NCBI RefSeq assembly: GCF_902459465.1 | Contig: NC_047068.1 | Location: forward strand, 14,818,001-14,882,000 | Direction: 5' to 3' | Origin: Asterias rubens | Taxonomy: Eukaryota | Length of the DNA: 64,000 bases | Shown here: in pieces, positions 59,255-64,000 of the stretch | How the letters are laid out: every line of letters starts with the position of its first letter | Numbering within the stretch: the stretch's first letter is position 1 | Notes under the pieces: generated by a model | Databases searched by the model: none | The model's input: only the letters and a program-made list of their open reading frames with translations | What the model was told of the DNA's origin: nothing | Position numbers and translations under genes: made by a program

Positions 59255-62200
59255 CAGGTATACTGCTGTCAGATGATGATGTCTGCAAAACTCCCCAGAT
59301 TGGTTTACCAATAAATGCAAGTTTTTGTTTTTCAGACCATACTTATTCAATCCAACATGATACATTTTTATACCTGAAAGAAAATTAATTGTTATTCTTC
59401 CTTATTATTGGAGACTCTCAAACTACATTTGAAAACATTTACTTATCATTTACTGTTCTGTCAAGTTGAACAATCAACATATTTTATTACTAAAAACACA
59501 AGACAATGGATATCTTATGTGTTAGTGATCGTGTTCTATCCTATATATATATAATTGAAAACAAAACACTGCTCAAGAAACCATTTTTCAAATATCTGTA
59601 CTGCTGAAGACTCAATTCTCGTCTATTAAAAAAAAGAAGGTGTGTTACGATATTTCCTTCATTTAGAATAGACACTAAACTGTATCTTATTTAGAATGGG
59701 GGTCTATTGTTTAATTACTGATGAGAAGACTGGAAATACACGATTATTGTTCTCACACATACTGAAACAATCAACAATCACACAATCTCCAAAATGACAC
59801 ATAGTGTCAAAGGTCAGCAGGCAAAAGATGTGCACGACCTCCCCACACATAACACACCATTTCTGCAGAATTGAATTTTACTGGGAATGTGGTTCTTTCA
59901 AATGTATTAGTTTTTTTTTAAGGCAGTGGACACTATTGGTAATTACTCAAAATAATTATCATCATAAAACCTTTCTTGGTTACAAGTAATTGGGAGAGGT
60001 TGATTGTATAAAACATTGTGAGAAACGGCTCCCTCTGAAGTGACGTAGTTTTTGAGAAAGAAGTACTTTTCCATGAATTTGATTTCGAGACCTCAGATTT
60101 AGAACTTGAGGTCTCGAAATCAACCATCTAAACGCACACAACTTCGTGTGACAAGGGTGTTTTTTCTTTCATTATTATCTCGCAAGTTCGACGACCGATT
60201 TAGCTCAAATTTTCACAGGTTTGTTATTTTATGCATATGTTGAGATACACCAACTGTGAAGGCTAGTCTTTGACAATTACCAATAGTGTCCACTGCCTTT
60301 AAAGTCAAGTAAATCAAGTAATAAACCACAAGGGGAATCTGACTGAGTAAATTTAACGGGCACTATGGCTTGAAGCACTAATTAAATTGAATTAAAACGT
60401 TATTTTGGTCAAATTTGATTATTATGCAGAAACTGGTGGGAAAATGCACTTATTTATGCATACACCCCATAGAGCTTTCCACTTGAACATTTCAAGAGTC
60501 CACAAGGTTATTCTTCTTGCACATAACAAAACTGACACCTACACCTCAAATTGAATCAGACAAGGCAGCATTATAAAAACAACCCCATGTTATAGCTCCA
60601 TGGTTAAACCATAGAGAAAGGACAATTGGTTTAAACATAGGTAGGGCTTGTATAGGTCTCGTAACTCGACAGAAATCACACACGATAACCCTGTATTGAC
60701 CCGTTCACAGTTTACCGTGGTGTGTTTCATTCGGCAAGCAAAACCTGCAACCCTATTCAGAGCTATGAATACAAGCCCAGACAAGGTTATCCAAATTAAA
60801 TCTATTATACTGCAACATCGAACCATCGATAGAAATCACACGCTGTTTTGTTATTGCGACATTTTGTTTATTGCAGTGTTTTTAATTTAAAGAGAATATG
60901 ATATCATGCATGCGGCATATTGAAGGGGGTGGGTGTGGTGGTGAGGCAGAATTTGCATGATACTGTTATAGTGTCAACTGTCATATTCCAATGTTCACCG
61001 TTCGATAATATTTCTGTACACAATCAAAGTGAAGAAGTATAAAGGAACCAACCCCATTGCACAGTGGGCGTCTGCTCCGCTCAAACCACAAATAGAATTG
61101 AAACACCATGTCCATCACGATTTGCTCGAGTTGGAGGAAAATGGTTTAGATCATCAGAATAAGAATTATGACACGAATCTCAGATTGGCTTCTCACTTTA
61201 GAGTCTCCATGCACAAAATCAACAAATAATGTCATATTTTTATGTCCAAATGCCAGATAAAACGGACTAGTGACGTGTAGGATCCCCTCAACGTGGTCCT
61301 GTACGGCATACGCAGGGTGTTAGCAAGGATTAGGTAAAAGTATTTCCAAATTTGCATGAAATTTTAAAAAGTGATGTATCGATTGTGCACAAATACATAA
61401 CGCCTACATTTACACGTGATGACATATAAGACAGGGTTTCACACCATGTACACTCTGAAAACACCTTGTTCAGAATTGAACCGCATTCCGGGTCACAGGA
61501 AACCTGCTAAAAACTGGTATTAGTAAAACAAAATTGAACTCTGACCCTGATGCTGCATCCTTTCTTTTTTGACCAATGTCTGTGTCATTTTGATACAGAT
61601 TCAATGTCACTCCTGACACAGCAAATGGGTCAGGACCCACGGAACCCCGATCTGGGTCAAGTCGACCCGGTAGTTCTGAGACTCATAAAATGGCAAGCTT
61701 AACCTGTCATGCTGCATTCACTGAAAACACGTTAAAGAACAAACTCCAACGTCATCATAGATAAACCCATTCATTAAACACATGCACTATTGGTTCAGCA
61801 GAACTCCATCACACCATAAACCTCGTTTCATCAGTCAATCACAACATTGTTGAATGAATTCACATTCTTTGCGTTGCCCGGATATAAAGATAAAATTAAT
61901 GTGCAGTTATAATAGGAGTGGTCACTATAAAATGTTAATTTGACATGGACCCTATCTAAAGGTCCCTATATATATATTAATATGACAATTTATTATCAAT
62001 AATAAGCTTCAGATCGTGTACAGTGACGTCATACAGGATGTAAAGGATGATGGTAAAGCAACTCCGGGGATATACATGTTGTATTTATCTCTGATTTATT
62101 TACTCAAGACAAATCCTATACTCCCATGGCATTCTGGCTGTACATGTATCACAGATTCAGGAACTCATTGAACGGCTTTAACTCTACCTACGTACCCTTC

Positions 62201-64000
62201 TTCGCATCAGCAGCGCCAATGTGGGCGGTGCCCATTTGCAGAAATAAATTTTCAGGGGAGTCGTATAGAAAACATTACTAAATTGCAAGGAAACGAAAGT
62301 TTCATTGCAAAAATGGGTAATTCTACATTTTAAAAATAATTAGTTTTGGTATTGTATTTTACTATTAGCATAATACTTTATATCTCAAAACTTTCCTAAA
62401 TATAACTGTTTGCAGCAGTTCTACTTTTCATTACATTAATTGAGAAACTGACGCTGGGATCAGATAACGCGTTCTTTTCTTCTCATGTAATGCAATATCC
62501 TGTTTCCTCACTTTTCAAAGCCATCGAAGTCCATCGACTTAAAGCCACCATCAAGTACATGTTAGGTCTCGAAACAACCCATGTATAACCCACAGCCATT
62601 GCTGCGCTGGGACAATGCTCTTTTGCTGTGGTGCCAGTCAAGCTTAAATACAAATTTACATTTTCCCCAAGTGTCCCTTACCAACAATGGAGCTCAGCTA
62701 TAAAACCGCTGCGCCCCTTCAAGAGCGACGTGCAAGGCATGTATACATGTACATGTCCATGATTTTCAAACATTTTGAAGACGTTCCTATAGCGACGCAA
62801 TATACCTTGACCCCATGACCTAAGAGCAAGAGTCTGGGAAAAGCAATGAATTTTGCACTTGGCGAGACACAGAATGACCGGTTATCGCTTAATTTCCAAA
62901 TGATTTTCGTTTCCTGTTGTGACTGAAATCATTCTAACGCAGGAACCTTGCTCTCTTTCAATACATTATAATAATGTTTTGCCTCATCTTCTTCAGTAGG
63001 GCTCTATTGCCTTCATCTGCACCTGAAAGCACACAACTTGTGCAAAAAGGGTGTTTTCTTTCATTTCATTATTTTCTTGCAACTCCGATGACCAATTGAG
63101 CCCGAATGTTTACAGGTCTGTTATTTTATGCATAATTTGGCATACACCAAGTGAGAATATTGGTCTTTTGGCAACTACCAAACGTCAAAGCCAAACAATT
63201 TGCAGTCTACGTCGTTTTGTAGAACAGCGGGCCCGGAGCCAAACTGAACCGCACATTATATAACCATTTACTGTTATCTCGTACGTTTACACTAAGGATA
63301 CAATGGCAAATAGAGTTATCTGATTCGAATTGGCTATCCGGTTGAAGTTGAAGTGGTTCCAACAGAGTAGGGTCAAACTTTCCAGGTTTCCTGTGTGCGG
63401 GTAAATCCAAGATGGATTCCGTGTTCTAGATTTACGATATCACATGTACAAGTATATCTCTCTAAAGTTATACATACTCGATCCAATGTTGAACTTCAAA
63501 AAACTTAAAAAATAAAATTGTTGCTACAATGATAGGTCAATTACATTAGAGTCAATAACAAATGAATGTTTAAATACGTGGTATTTACTAATTTATCAAA
63601 AGTGTACTGCATGCAAAGTGCCATTACACAGTTGAATGTTCTGCCAACCTAGCCATTTTCCTATTTTATAACTTTGAGCATTGTGCGATCAATTCTTTTG
63701 TGGGAATTAGGGCAGGGGCCTTCCCAAAAAGGAACATTACGAGAATCTGTTTTATTTTGGCTATTTGTACCAGGCGATTAACACTGCCATGCTGCCAACT
63801 CTAGAATATTCCATTCATAACACAAAACCAACATTGTCAAATTGTTCACGTCTATGTAAATTGCAGACAGATGTTAAACTGTTAATCGTATCATTCTAAA
63901 TTAAATGTACCACCATCTACCCTTATAAATAACCCGGTAGGTCTACCACTTTAATGGGTTGTACATCTTAAATCCAGACGTATGATGATTCATGTAGCTG

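Noticed and set aside
2280-59730. Scattered CTGATGA motifs as possible hammerhead ribozyme cores
   Set aside because: None of those I inspected had the flanking stems and a correctly placed GAAA.
55500-64000. Short ORFs in the fascin intron (for example 55655-56104, 57984-58584, 60590-60890)
   Set aside because: They have no recognisable motifs, low-complexity AT-biased translations and no coherent splice chain.

Overview
Eukaryotic, AT-rich genomic DNA with GT-AG introns and many MITEs and SINEs. The repeat families suggest an invertebrate deuterostome, probably a sea star (inference from recollection, not a search). From left to right: (1) 1-33.7 kb is a cluster of four highly divergent BTB-BACK paralogues of the BTBD17/galectin-3-binding-protein type, here called B, A, C (minus strand) and D (plus strand). 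Each has a short private first coding exon joined by a phase-0 intron to a large BTB-BACK-C-terminal exon. (2) The B+A block is amplified as a recent ~6.7-kb tandem array of at least 3 units (<1-4564, 4565-11260, 11261-17696). Exactly one B copy and one A copy remain intact; the others are 5'-truncated, lack the start exon, or are frameshifted. (3) A six-coding-exon, ~670-aa LRR gene lies at 38996-43715 (+). (4) The last three exons of a fascin gene lie at 52542-53985 (-); its upstream exon(s) are not found in the window. Gene models were built by hand from splice signals and phase compatibility, without RNA or database support. No CRISPR, rRNA or bona fide tRNA genes were found. The best candidate for an undescribed system is the rapidly turning-over cluster of intracellular BTBD17-like CUL3-adaptor genes, which share an unnamed C-terminal domain.
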